NCBI RefSeq assembly: GCF_036321535.1
Contig: NC_087440.1
Coordinates: 61,132,001 to 61,196,000 of the forward strand
DNA: 64,000 nt
Origin: Camelus dromedarius
Lineage: Eukaryota
Reading direction: 5' to 3'
Numbering within the stretch: the first letter of the stretch is position 1; each line of letters opens with the position of its first letter. The notes below the pieces were generated by a model. That model worked only from the letters and a program-made list of their open reading frames with translations. It was not told the origin of the DNA and did not search any database. Of the stretch, positions 37,984 to 51,247 are shown in pieces. Position numbers and translations under genes: made by a program.

Positions 37984-38112
37984 CAGTAGCTCTTAATCTT
38001 GGCAGCAAAATGGAAGCACTTGGAGAGTTTAGAGCATGTCTATGCCTAAGTCTCAGCCCCAAAAATTCTGTCATCATTGGTCCAGGGTGCAGCCAAGGTT
38101 AAGAACTGCTGC
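37984..38112. mobile_element. MER5-type hAT/Charlie MITE remnant
   Basis: cagtagctcttaatcttggc...gccaaggttaagaactgctg, with inverted termini. Confidence 0.55.
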
Positions 38113-38329
38113 CCTAAGTAGAACCTTGTTAGGGATGATGATGTGTCTCCTAGGAAACGTGCCCAATTTGCACATGTAACTAATTTAAATGCTCAAGCCA
38201 ATCAGTTGAAGTTGATTTAGGATTAAATTAAATTCAGAAACAGGGAGAAACATTCCCTAGATCCACAGCAAAATAGCTCTCTGTGCCTGCTTTTGCCCCC
38301 CACCCCCACCCCCACCCCCACCACAGACA

Positions 38330-38645
38330 CATCTCCACATCTCCACTGCCACCTGGTCTAACCACCAGCATCTCCCTGGGCCATTGCAACAGGCTCCCAG
38401 TTCTCTCTTGTGTGCTGTCACACAGCAGCCAGAGTAAGCTTCTTAAAATATGTATTAGAACACATCACTTCCTTCCTCAAAAACCTTCAAAGGATTCCCA
38501 CTGCTTACGCTAAAAAGTACACAAACTCTCCAGGCCATTGTCTGCTCACTCCCATCATTCATGACACGTCAGCCACACTGACCGATTTCCTCCATCTTTT
38601 CCATCCCAGAGCCCCTGTGTGTGTTGTTCCCTCTGCCTAGAATGC
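38330..38645 (+). mobile_element. L2 fragment
   Basis: cacacagcagccagagtaagcttcttaaaa...catcacttccttcctcaaaaaccttcaaaggattccc. Confidence 0.7.
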
Positions 38646-39725
38646 TCTGTACACACACACACACACATACTCATGATCTCTTCCCACTACACACACAGTG
38701 TTTGCCTTGCTCAGTGTAAATGAAGGAAGTGTATTTTATTGTACCATCCACTTACACTGAAGGATATTATTTTTAAAATAGCTTATCAAGGTAAGTACAG
38801 CCATATTTACTCAAGATGATGTTTAGAGTCCTGTTCACTACATAAGATTAAGTGTTCTCTTTACAAAGAGCCATACGAGAGTTTTTCCAGTTTCAGTTCT
38901 AGGAACAGTATGGTTCTCTTGAGTAACCAGTTGGTGTTTTGCTATCATATTCCATAGATCATTCTATTTTGATTCTATAATGATTCTATTAATCATTAAC
39001 CAATTAGGCTTCCCTCTTTGCTTTGACTTATAAGAAGTTTAGAGCCAAATTTGTAACCGTCCCCAACCCTATCCCTTGTCAGCTCCAGAACAGATGCTGG
39101 TGAGATGCATTTTGCATCCTAACCTTGTTCCAGTTTAATCTAATCAGTCATTCTTTCATTTTCCCTCTGCTCTTCATTTTAATTATAATGTGTTTGTAAA
39201 CTATCTTAAATACTCTCTGGAAGTAAGCAAGACAGTGTAAATAAATTAAATAATGAAAAACAACTTATTCAATGAAAAGAGAAAGAGTATGTGATGAGTT
39301 ATGTTTCAAGGGTTTCAATAAGGGACACCCTTTTTTTCCACTAGAGGGAAACAAAAAGGAGGCAAACTGAGAGAGACCAGAATGGGTTTAAGCACATAAC
39401 CCATCACAAACAGCACTGGAAAAATAAAGGCGTATGGAGCGGGTGGGGCAGAGAGAGAGGAGAGAAACAGAGCTTTCACCTCTCTGGCAGACAGAGCTCA
39501 AAAGGAAAGGAAGGGCTGAGCAGTGCCCGCCCAGTATGTTCTCAGATATACCAATCAGGGCATTCTCTCCACTCCCCTGGGGGCAGTCAGGCCAAGAGTG
39601 TTAACTCTAAGTGATGCCTGTCACATGGGAACAGAAAGTCAAGGGCAAGGATGCTTTCTCTCCGCCAAATATTATTGACTTTATAACATTTATTTCAGCT
39701 AGTAGATATTTTATAATGAAGTTAC

Positions 39726-40180
39726 TGTATTAGTTGCCTATTGCCTCTGTAACAAATTACCAAAAGCTTAATATCTTATCACCTTATTTCTGACCTCTAG
39801 AAACTTATCTCACTAAGCTCCAATCAAGGTGTCCACAGAGCTGCGTTCCTATGGGCTTCAGGGGAGAATCCATTCCTTGCCTTTTCCAGCCTCTAGAGGC
39901 TGCCCTCATTTCTTGGTTCAAGGTCCCCTTCTCATCGCTCCAACCTCTGTTTCCATTCTGACATCTCCTTCTCTGACTGACTCTCCTGCCACTCTCTGTC
40001 CCTTATAGGGACTCTTGTGACTACATCGAGCCCACCAGGTAATCCAGGATCTCCCCAACTCAAAATCTTTCACTTAATCTCATCTACAAAGTCTCTTCTG
40101 CCATATATAAGGTAACATATTCACAGGTTTTGGGGATTAGGAGGTGGGCATCTTTGGGGGACCATTATCTGCCTACCATT
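39726..40180 (-). mobile_element. MLT1 (MLT1D-like) solo LTR with a 5-bp TSD
   Basis: Starts tgtattagttgcc and ends ctgcctaccatt. GTTAC on both sides (39721-39725, 40181-40185). Confidence 0.88.
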
Positions 40181-43100
40181 GTTACTCTAAATAGATAGGT
40201 GTCTGTGGACATCCCAAGGTATGAATTCGGGATGTGCTTCAAACCATAGCAAAGAACTGTCTCCAGCATCTGGTACCATCCATTCAAACCAGTTCATGTA
40301 TTTCAACAGTTCAGTCCATGGATGTGATATAAAGCACTTTTTCACCCTAGAAAAGTAGTCCAGGGATATTCTTCAGATGCTTTTAACCCTAAGAGAAACA
40401 TCACTGCTTCCTAATTAATAGCCCTCTAGCATGCAGCTGTGATGAAAGAAATTATTTTGTTATTCCTCCTGCCTGGAATTCACCATTCTCTCCGTGGTCC
40501 CCTAAACCCTCTCCACCCCCTCCACCCCCAGCTCCTAGAGCTTTCCAACCTCTCTTCACTCCTCCACTCCTACTCCCAGAAATGCAACTGCAACATAAAG
40601 ATGGGATAAAAAGCATCTCTTAAAAACAGGAACATGAAGATGGGATCACATTTAACACAGAAATAAGGAAATTCTCCGTAATTGTTCAAGAAGGATTTGC
40701 CTGGATTTTTAGACAACTTTTCTAGCCCTGCTGCTAGCTCTGTATTACATATATATCTAGTTCATTCCTCTTGCCTTCCCTTACTCTCTTACATGTATAC
40801 TTACTTATAAGCCCCAAAAGGTCAATGCCTCTGTAATTCTCAAGGTGAAAGCCTTTGGGAACCCAGCGTAGTGCCGTGCGGGGTGGGGGGGCATTCAATA
40901 GTTGCATGTTTGTGAATGGATGCTTGTTGTTCAGTAGATGCATCGTTTGTCTGGGAGTTCCAATTCCTAATTCCTTCACATGCCAACAGTACCCTCACCT
41001 GAAAATTTCAAAAGCACGTAGGTTTCAGACAGTGTTTTGAATTATTTGTTTAGTATTTTCTTTCACTGGTTTAGAACACTGCCCACTCCTTGCTTATCTC
41101 TGCTTTCCTCCAGGCATTTCTGTTTTTAGGCAGGTCAGCACTTACCGATTTATAAGGCTATTCCTTTCTCACTCTTCCTGAGATCATATACAGAAACAGC
41201 TAGTTACAAATGCCCTGCCTAACCAAGAGCCAGAAGACCTGATCCTCAGACCAAAGTCTAAAAGAGAAAACTCTTTGCTGACTGTTGAAGGGCCAGCCAA
41301 TGCGATGATTAAAAAAAAAAAAAAACAAAAAAAACTGTTTCAATTTGTCTCAGGAAATATGGTTAATGTTCATTTACACTCATCAATTATATATATATTT
41401 TTAAATCTGTAACATAATTAGCAGGTGAACTTTGCTATTTTTCTCTACACTTCTTAACTGGGGGTCACTTTTGGGAGCTGAGTCGGCAGCCCAGCATCTC
41501 CCGCACAGGGCTCCCGGGCAGCCCGGTGGTTGGGGTGATGGCAGAGCCAGTCCCTGGCAGAGACTAGGGTCAAGGGCTTGGGCTGCTCTGCACTCCAGAC
41601 TATGAAACTGACAGCCTCAAAAGCTGCCACAAGCCTGGATCAGAGTTGTCTCAACTGTCAGTGCTGGGAACTAGCCAAACACTCCATCACTGTCTGTCTT
41701 GGAGTGTGCCCAAGCCATGGGTTCAATAGCTTTCCTTGTTTCCTGGAATTGATCAGTTTCAATTCAACAATTATGTCTCTGTCATCCACCCTAGAAAGGA
41801 TCACCAGGACCTCCTGCTGTGATTTTCTGAGTGCTAGGAAGGCTACAAGTCTCACACAAACGTCCCTCCAGGACACCAGATGCTCCCAAGATCCCTATTA
41901 GAGAAACATTGGTTTGACGTGATCCTCCCTAAAATGTATACCCTCTTGCTGGGGGTGGGGGGGCAGACTTTAAACTATTCATTTACTCAACAAATACCCA
42001 TTTATCAAACACCCATTACCTTCAAGACACTCTTCTGGGCCCTAGAAGTTCTTCTCTTCCTATACAGAGTTCACAGCCTAGTCAGTTATTAATCATTTGT
42101 AGAACCTCAGTGACCTGGGAGGAAAAGAAAAGAGGACAGATTTTGATAAAGAAGAAGAGGAAAGAATGACACCAATTACTAGGCCAGGGAAGAGGAAGCA
42201 GGGTGAGGGGAGCTCACCCAGAGAAGGTAAATTTGTCTCACTTCGCCAGCTGACCCTGAAGCCATGTCCACACAGGCCCTTACAGTGGACAGTCAGACAG
42301 ACAGCAGTAGCAGGTACCTCCACAGGTCCAGAAACACGCTTTTTCAAATTAGATCACAGAACTTCACAAAGACACTCAGAAACCCCATATAGAAGAAAGC
42401 ACATTGATTTTTATTATACTCAAACTGCTGGGTACAATCTACTGAAATATTGAAATAAGTGACTGAGAAAATCAGCCCTTTTCATGGTTTAATTTGCCCA
42501 CATCACTCGCCTCCCTCCTTCACCCATGTGCTCACATTTTGAGGTCAATTTCCCCTCAGTAATGACCCAGGGGAGTGAGACAGAATTTTCCAAGCCTCAA
42601 GATTACTTGTTTATAATTTCATCCTTTTTCAGTCCTCTTTTTTTGGCTGCAGTTCCTTCCATGCCTCAAATCCCCACCAATGAAACTGGCAGCCAGTCAG
42701 AGGCTTCCCCCACGGCAGACGCCCTGGGCTCTTTTGCAGGACCGACAAGGTGATCACGCCCCACTCCCTTGATTTCTGTGGGCAGGTGAGAGTGGTACTC
42801 CAGCCGCTGTCCACAGCCAGTGTCCTTTCTGCATCTCCTCTGTGGGGTATATTTCCCCTCTGTACCTGGCAACCACCTGTAGGGCTCAAATAAACCACAT
42901 TTACGGTAGGGATAACAGCCTTGTCACTTGAAGAGTGACCTGCACACCAGAAGCAAGAGCACCACCTAGAAGCTTACTAGAAATCTAGATTCTTAAGCCT
43001 CACCCAGACCAATTGAATCAGAATCTGCACATTAATGAGAACCACATTACCACCCAATCTCACCTCCTCATCCTTAACCACCACCCTCATGATTCAGAGG

Positions 43101-43555
43101 CACCTCGTGGTGGCAGCATGGAATGAAAACAGCCCCCGCTCTGCTCTCTCCCCGTCTCACACTCAGTTGACGGGCCACCCACTCCATATCTGTCCCTTCC
43201 ATCTCTGTTTTGGAGCTGTAGCTCCTGCCTTGCCTTCACCAAGAATGCCTCTTCTGCTATTAACAGAGGGGTGCTCTGAGCCATTCACCAATGGCCAAGC
43301 CCTTAGCAAATCATCTTAGTACATTTTTTAATCAACCTCATGCTTCTAGAGTACATGCTCTGTGTCCCTCACCTGCCACACTATATACCAATTGGCACTA
43401 GCGTCCGTTGTCACCTAAGAAACCCTGTCACTAAAAGTATCCTTTTATTTATTGTCCCTTTGTAAATCGCTATGGACAGCCAAACTCTATGCTAGACACT
43501 CACCATCTAGCTGAGAGCTTGTAGACCAGACTGTGCAGTCCTACCAGATAGCCCT

Positions 43556-43955
43556 TGTACTAGACAGAGTTCTCCAGAGAAACAGAAACAATAGGATAGA
43601 GAAAGAGATTTATTAAATGGAATTGGCTTGGGTGATGACAGAGACTGGGAATTCCATATCTGTAGTGTGGACCAGCAGGCTTAAGACCCAGGAAAGCCAA
43701 CGGTACAGATGGAGCCCAAGGGCAGTGTGTTGGAGAATTCCCTGTGACTCAGGGGAAGGTGAGTCTTTTCATTCTATTTGGACCTTTGAGTGGTTAGATG
43801 AGGTCCACCCACATTATGGAGGACAATCTGCTTTACTGATTAAAATACTAATTGTATCCAAAAACACCCCCACAGAAACCCCCAGAATAAAGTCTGACCA
43901 AATATCTAGGCAGTCCATGGTGCAGTCAAATTGACTTATGAAATTAACCGTCACA
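43556..43955 (-). mobile_element. MLT2 (ERVL) solo LTR, 400 nt, TG...CA, 5-bp TSD
   Basis: tgtactagacagagttctccagagaaacagaa...aaattaaccgtcaca. GCCCT at 43551-43555 and 43956-43960. Confidence 0.92.
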
Positions 43956-44816
43956 GCCCTTATTAGAAATTCATAATGGGAGGAGAGGAAGAGGCACAGC
44001 AGCACAAGGTGGGGCAGCAGAGCTGCAGCAAAGGTAACAGACACGTGTTGGTGAGGCCTCCCTGCCCACGTCAACACTTTGGTCTTGTGCAATGTCCCCC
44101 ATCTACCTTTGTCCCTTTATCAGCACCCTCAGGGAAGACAGGACTCAGTACTGCTTGATTCCATCCAGAAAAGAACAGGCCAGACAGAAGTGACAAGGAT
44201 TTCTTTGCCAGCCCTCCCTCCACCCCACCCGAGGCACCCCTGACAGCTAGCCACTCAAGAACCCAGCCCAGGCCCATATGTCTTTCCTGACCCAGCCTGC
44301 TCAAATCGGGAGTTTAAGAATCCTTCAGAGCAAGCTTGGGTTTTCCCACTTGGAGAGTCATAGGTCAGAATGAGGGAAGGACAGAGAAGCCACCAGTCAG
44401 AGAGCTCCCACTATCCTTCCCTCCCCCTTCTTATGGGGAGAGAAAGTGCCTTTGGCTATTCAGCTCTCCTCCAAAGGAGAACGCCAGTCAAGTCTTGGCT
44501 TTCTTGTGTTGGCAGAAAGGAGACTAAAATATTCATGGAAGGTGTGCTGGTGATGAAAGGAGGGGAGAGATAAGCCTTCAAGGCTGTGGCAGACTAGGAA
44601 AAATACTGAGAAGAAGATGAGTTTAAGAAGCTGTACTATGGTTTATAATTTGAATCCCCCTTTGGTGTCTTTATCTTTCACTTAAGGTCAGAATGGTTAA
44701 TGAGGACTTTGGGTTGTCAGTGTTGTGTGTCCTTGAATATGAAACCACACTGAGACCATACCATATGGTTCCCCTTTTATTTCTTGCATTTCTTAAATAC
44801 TTGAAAATGCACAGAA

Positions 44817-44866
44817 ATTCTACTAAATTAATTGTACCTTGATTCTACTAAATTAATTGTACCTTG
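44817..44866. repeat. Perfect 25-bp tandem duplication
   Basis: attctactaaattaattgtaccttg, twice. Confidence 0.95.
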
Positions 44867-46169
44867 TAAAACCTGACAGAAAAGCATCAGCAAAACCAAG
44901 AATAAGAATTCAAAGCCTCAGAGTGCTAATCCACTGAACCAGTCGAGCTCAGGTGCCACGCATTGCACAAAGCCTCTTTCCAGCTTTGGGTGACAGGCAT
45001 ACCGTGCGTTCTGAGGGTACCTGGCATTCAGGACATCCCTTTACTGGCTATGGACCCCTCCTTAATAGAACTGACTAGCCATGAACGCGACACTGCTGAT
45101 AAGCATCTCCAAAATTATACTTTTTATTTTTAGATGGTTTGAAGAAAAACAATTGGAGAAAAACATGTGAGCAGGGACATAAAAGTGGTAGATGTTACTG
45201 CATGCAAACTCTGAGAAAATAATAAAGTTATAAGATAGTCTCTTAGATATCATTACAGAAAAGATCCAAGAACTGTTTTATCTCAAATTGTCACACATAG
45301 ATCCTCCTTTGACCATAATTAATGAGCAACTATTAATATTTCTTGACAATTCTTAAGAACTAAAAAATAAAATTTCTACCTGAAAAGAATCCCATATTAC
45401 ACTAAGATAAATGAAATAAAGGGGAAAAAAAACACAAATACATAGAATTCTTGGACCCTGAATAACAAAGAGGCAGATGAGCAAATATAATTTAGAACAA
45501 CCATAACAGAAAAAGCGCTTAATGTTCTCCAAATTATCTTGTAATACTTTGGAAAAGAAGTTATTGGGAGCAGAAACAAACACTAAATATTCACTTGACT
45601 AGTTTATTTCACTATGCCTAGATATGGTCAATAAAGGGCTATATTTAGAACCAATTTACTGTTGTTGTCTTTACAGCTCATATACTTCTTTCGGTTTACA
45701 ACGAATACCCTTGGCAGATTCCAACATTCTCAAATGCACAATATTTTCTCGGTACCTTCAGAATGCACGTATAGGTAGAGTATTAGTGTTTCACCATAAT
45801 TCTCGGAAAAAGACGAGTTGCTCTGTGATGCACAGTTCATAAACCTCCACTGCAGTAGACCTATTCATCACGTTTCTCCTCGTAAAAATATAAGCTTGGT
45901 CCCACAGCTTAAAATAAATCTCGATAAGCCCAAGACAAAATCAGAGAGAGAATCAAGAAGAAACGGTAGAACACAAGTGATGGGAGACAACTTAGATGAC
46001 ACTGACTCCAATCCATATACAACAGTAATGATGACAACAAAATAACCAAAATTGTTGAGCACTCGACTATCTTTTCTGATTTACATGCTCATGGAACCAA
46101 GTAAGGAAAAAAATAAGTGTTTTCTATAAATATTTTTACATATGCAATGGAGAATTTTATCTCCTACTC

Positions 46170-47420
46170 TCCAGACATTATATCTTAACTATTTTACCTC
46201 AACATTCTTCAAAAGGTTCCATTTGTAAGGCCGTTCCATAATGAGGACTGATGAGGGCCAGTCCCCAATTATGGAACATTTAGGTTGTTTCCAATTGTTA
46301 GCTATTGCAAACACTTGTATGATTGTTCCTGGGGATGCATTGCTGAGTGACAGACCCTGGTTAGGCTTTTGATCTATATTGCCAAGTGACTTGCCAGGAA
46401 ACTTGAACCAATGTATGTTTTCTCCAGCAGCATGTGAGTGCTTCATTGTCATGTGTTCACCAGCCCTGGGTACCATGCTCTTCATCTTTGCCAATTTGGC
46501 AGGCCAAAGATGGCATCTTGTTTAATTTGATTTTTTTTTACTCTAATATTCACTCGCCCTTTATTTGTAAATTGTCTATATTTCTTTTTCGTTTTCTTTT
46601 GGAGTAATTATTATTCTTATTAGCCAGAAAGCACCCTTATGCATCAGAGATAATAACCTTCTTGACTCTCATATATTGTGACCATTTTTCACAATATATG
46701 TGAACATACGTGACTTTATAAAAGTCAAATGTATCAGTCATTTTCTTTATGGTTCTCTTCATTTGCTTTTACATGTTGAGTCCTTTTTTCCTTCCCAAAG
46801 AGTAACCAACTATCCACATACCATATACTGAATACTGCGCCCTTCCCCATTGCCACTTATCACATACCAAATCCTTACGTATGCAGCGCAAGTTCAGTGG
46901 CTGAGATGCCTGCTCTGGTTCACTGATTCTTGTACCGATGCTATATCGCCTTGATAACTTTACAGTACATGTGAACATGCATTAGCTCAGTTATCCTGTC
47001 GTTCTTTTAAAATTATTAGCTATTCTCACGAGCTAAATTCTGAATATAACTGCTATAATCACTTTGTCATTCAATTCAATTCCAAAAGCCTATTGGAATT
47101 ACTTTAAACATATTAAATTGGGGACATCTAACATCTTTACAGTACAGAGCTTCCCAATCAAGACCATGAGCTGTTTCTCCATTCATCATCTTCTATGAAT
47201 TTCAGCAAAGTGCTTTTTTTATTATTCTTCTCATTACTAGACACTTTAGAGTTTTTGTTGTTATTGTGAAAAGGATATTCTCCATCATATTTTCTAAGTA
47301 GTAATAGTGGGTACCTGATAGACTTTTTATGAGCCTAATAATTCTTTGAAAACTCTTCACAAGAACACACTATTCCACTTGTATCATCACCTCGGTGTTT
47401 GAATTTCCTTAGTGACGATT
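46170..47420 (-). mobile_element. Old LINE-1 ORF2 C-terminal region
   Basis: Minus-strand ORF contains FAIANNWKQPKCSIIGDW, followed by a T-rich L1-like antisense run. Confidence 0.8.
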
Positions 47421-47760
47421 TCCAGAAAAGGAGAGGGAGAGTACTGTTACACACAGACCGCCTTGTTCCTGTGTTGTGTGTCAGATAGGATCAAAAGATA
47501 GCATCTGTGTAGCACTTTATAAATTTTAATTTTTCCCCTTATATTACCTCATCTAACATTCACAAAACTCTAAAGTCGCTGGGAGGGTCGAAAGTAATCA
47601 AGTTATTATTCTCATCCTAAAGATAAGAAAACTGAGGTTCAGATCTGAATCATTCTCTGAGAGAGTCTGACAAAAATGCAGACTTTTGGGCCCCACCCCA
47701 GACTTATTTCCTCAGAATCTTTGGGGTGGGGTGTGAAACCAGGGAACCTATGTTTTTAAA

Positions 47761-47780
47761 CTAGTGCCCCCTGGTGGCTG
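47761..47780 (-). promoter_or_regulatory. CTCF motif
   Basis: Minus strand reads CAGCCACCAGGGGGCACTAG, matching CCASYAGRKGGCRS at 14/14. Confidence 0.65.
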
Positions 47781-48148
47781 CCATGAAAATTCATTTCACC
47801 AAGTTAAAGTCAACGCTGAAACTGGACGTTTCTGCCTCTAAATTAGATATTTATTCTAGCATACCTCAATGGCAGCTTAATTATTATGAATTTCTAGTGA
47901 TGTATGAGTGTGACTCAAGGAACCGGCATTTTTTTTAAGTATCTCCTTATACAGAGGATCCTGCAAAAAGCACACCCTTGTTTACAGACCACACACCTCC
48001 ACATGTAGGCTTCACTTATAATTCAGTCACTTCTTCCCAAAGTCCTAATCAAAAGACAGTTCCCCTGTACTCTGTGGCTCATGCCAGAGAGCCTGGTACT
48101 ATGGCTTACACAGTCATAGTGACCTTCAGGACACCTAGGCAGTGGTCT

Positions 48149-48738
48149 TGATACAGGAAAAATGGGGTGTAAGAGGATGGCCATGTCCCAGGTCTCAGGC
48201 AAGTGCCTGGGACGCACATTGCCAAGTGAGGGTCCTTGGTTTCGCACAGGAAGGAATTCAAGAGCGAGCCATAGTTGAGTGAAAGTAGATTTATTCAGAG
48301 ATGCACACTCCACAGAGTGCAGGCCAACTCAGAAGGCCAGAGGGGACACCAGACGTAGGGAGCATTTTAAAGTAAAAGTAGACACACTCTCTATAGGCAG
48401 AATGTGGGCCATCTCGAGAGGCAAGAGGTGACAGGCAGCAGCCTCGGAACATGGGGTCCTATAAGAAAGTGAGATCGGACACTGGGTGTAGGGGTGATTA
48501 GTTTTCATGGGCTCAGTAACTTCATATGCTAACAAGCAGGAGGATTATTCCAACTACTTTAGGGGAAGAGGTGGGGATTTCCAGGAATTGGACCACTGAT
48601 CACTTTTTGATTGTTTATGGTTATGGCGCCTGTCAGTGTGTCATTTACCATGCTAATATATTACAATGAGTGTATAATGAAGCTGTGGGTCTACTGGGAG
48701 TTGGATCTTCCACTATCTTGGTGCTAACTGCTGTATCA
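48149..48738 (-). mobile_element. ERV1-class solo LTR, 590 nt
   Basis: Perfect inverted termini TGATACAG...CTGTATCA, minus-strand AATAAA at 48290-48295, and flanks gtct/ttct. Confidence 0.8.
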
Positions 48739-48879
48739 TTCTTTTAATGGGTAAGCCCTGTCCCCTTCCCTCCTGTCTCAGTCCTGCACCACTGGTGGAG
48801 TCCAGCAGCCCCATAGCTGGTGAGTTACCTGCAAAAGTGGCAGAGTGCACTGAGCACAGCTTCCACCCAGTGGAGCCAC

Positions 48880-48893
48880 GTTTCCATGGCAAC
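48880..48893. promoter_or_regulatory. RFX X-box motif
   Basis: GTTTCCATGGCAAC matches GTTKCCATGGMAAC. Confidence 0.55.
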
Positions 48894-49519
48894 CCCCATA
48901 GCAGGCAGGCCAGCTATAGTGCAGAACGTCACTGCTGGTGACCCCATCCGACCACTCAGTGTCCAGAAAAGCTCACGGTGACCCTTTGAGAAGGGCCAAA
49001 GACTCATCCAGAGAAATAGATGCTTCAGAGAAAATCTCCACTTTGGTTGAGATGAATTCACTTTTCAGTCATCCAACCAATATTCACAGAGCTACGCACC
49101 AGGCCCGTGCAAGCTGCCAGGACTTGAAAGTAAATGACACATAGCACTTTAAGACCCAGTGGGCAAGTAAGCATGTAAAGAGGCTTAAGGTATTTGGGGA
49201 GGGGGCATCAAGGAGGGGTTATGGAAGTGAGTTTTCCAGTTTAGGGAAGTCTTCCAGGCTGACAGGTGTGGGGAAAGCATTCCAGAATTTCTTTTCCAGA
49301 TTTCTAGAAGGAACAGCTTAAGCCGAGGCACTGTGAAGATGACAGATTGCAAGAAGCTTGGATTGTAGGAAGATTAAAAAAAAAATAGAGGAGATCTGAA
49401 AAGGCAAACTCTCTGGTTTGCAGATTACAAGGACTTTGTCCATTCTTGGGAAGTATTTGAATTTTATCTTAGAGATGATCAGGAGCCACAGCTGTGTGAC
49501 TGCTGGTGGTGGTGACAAA

Positions 49520-49760
49520 AAAGCAGCACAGGAGACAGAGCCTGGGAACCCAAATGTGGATTACAAGCCTTTTGTAATTTTGCAGTTGGAGGCAAGGGGC
49601 TGCGTGGGGACAGCTACAAGAATGGTAAAGAGGAGCCTGATTCTAGACATACTTAGCAGGTAGACCTGGCAGGATGTGGAGACCAAATGAGTGCTGAGGA
49701 AGGAAGGGTGAGGCCAAACAAGACTGAAATCCCAGGATGTGAATGTCATGGAATCGTGGC
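49520..49760 (-). mobile_element. L2 fragment
   Basis: Purine-rich antisense L2 text, e.g. gagcctgattctagacatacttagcaggtagacctggcaggatgtggagaccaaatgag. Confidence 0.6.
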
Positions 49761-50476
49761 TTTGTCTTTGGTTTGGCCTCATCCTCAGTTTCAAGAGTCC
49801 TGGAAATGCACAAGCTGCTCCTCTTCCTCTTGCCTTTCGTGTCCCTCCTTCTCCTCCTCCCCTCCTTCTTCACCCTCTCCCTCTCCCCCATCATCAAACA
49901 AGTACTGACAAGGACAGACCTTTCTGAACCTCCACCCTACGCCCAACTTCATTCCAGCAAGCTCTGTTCCCGAAAGTATTGCTTGGGAGCCATTTGCCCA
50001 GTGATGCTAGGCTTACATTTGTGTAAGCTTTCTTATACAAAATTTTTATACTCATGATCTTTTTTTTCCTCCTCAAACTTCCAGTAAGAAAATCAAGACT
50101 TAGGGAAGCTATGACCTGCTCAAGGTCCCAGAGTTCATTCACAGTGAGCCCACTTCTTCTGCCCTAAAATCCAGGGTGGTTAAAACCCCAAACAATGATA
50201 AACCAAATCCCCTGTCATGATAGGCATACCTAAATGAGAAAAGAGACATGACCAGGGATAGAAGACACTTGGCAGATACACAGTTACCCTGTTCAAATGG
50301 AACTCTTGTTGCTGTAGGATGAATATCAGACCTAACAAAGGAAAACTCTCCGCTCAGAGTCCTAATGGATTCTCAGGAAGCCTATTTTGTTTTCTCCTCA
50401 GTCTTTGTTCTGCAGAAACAGGACCTCACACCAGCACATCAAGTAAGAAACTTGCCTGAGCAACTTTTATCTCACA

Positions 50477-50480
<4 letters not shown>

Positions 50481-50516
<36 letters not shown>
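50481..50516. repeat. (CA)18 microsatellite
   Basis: Read directly. Confidence 0.95.
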
Positions 50517-50520
<4 letters not shown>

Positions 50521-50728
50521 GTCTGCTGCTCAGGAAACAAGAGGCATTCTTTGCAAAGAAAGGAAATGAGCTGGCTGAAGGGGCCAGTGTAGATGGATAA
50601 GATTTTCAAGCCACCTTAAGAGAAACATGAGAGCTGGAGGGATGAAACCCCACTAGGAAAGAATTCACCACCATTCGTATTTGTGAAAATGTACTGTCAA
50701 TTTCTAATTACATTCTATTTTCTAACTT

Positions 50729-51247
50729 TTTTCTTTCTTTTCTTTATTTATTCAAGTATGGCAGGTTTCCAATGTTGTGTTAGTTTCAGGTGTACAGCAA
50801 AGTGATTTCAGTTATACATATAAATACCTATTCTTTTACAAGTTCTTTTCCATTATAGGTTATTACAAGATACTGAGTATAGTTTCCTGTGCTACACAGT
50901 AGGTCCTTGTTGTTTATCTGTTTTATATATAGTAGTATGTATGTTAATCTCAAAATCCTAATTTATCCCTCACCCCCTTTCCCCTTTGGTAACCATAAGT
51001 TTGTTTTCCATGACTGTGAGTCTATTTCTGTTTTGTAAACTAGTTCATTTGTATCATTTTTTTAGATTCCACGTATAAGTGGTATCATATGATATTTCTC
51101 TTTCCCCATCTGACTTGCTTCACTTAGTATGATAATCTCTAGGTTCATTCATATTGCTGTAAATGGCAATATTTCATTCCTTTTAAGGGCTGAATAGTAT
51201 TCCACTGTGTATATACCCCCCATCTTCTTTATCCAATCATCTTTCAA
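50729..51247 (-). mobile_element. LINE-1 3' end
   Basis: gtttcaggtgtacagcaaagtgatt...ttcacttagtatgataatctctaggttcattcat. Possible TSD tctaactt (50721-50728 / 51248-51255). Confidence 0.9.
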
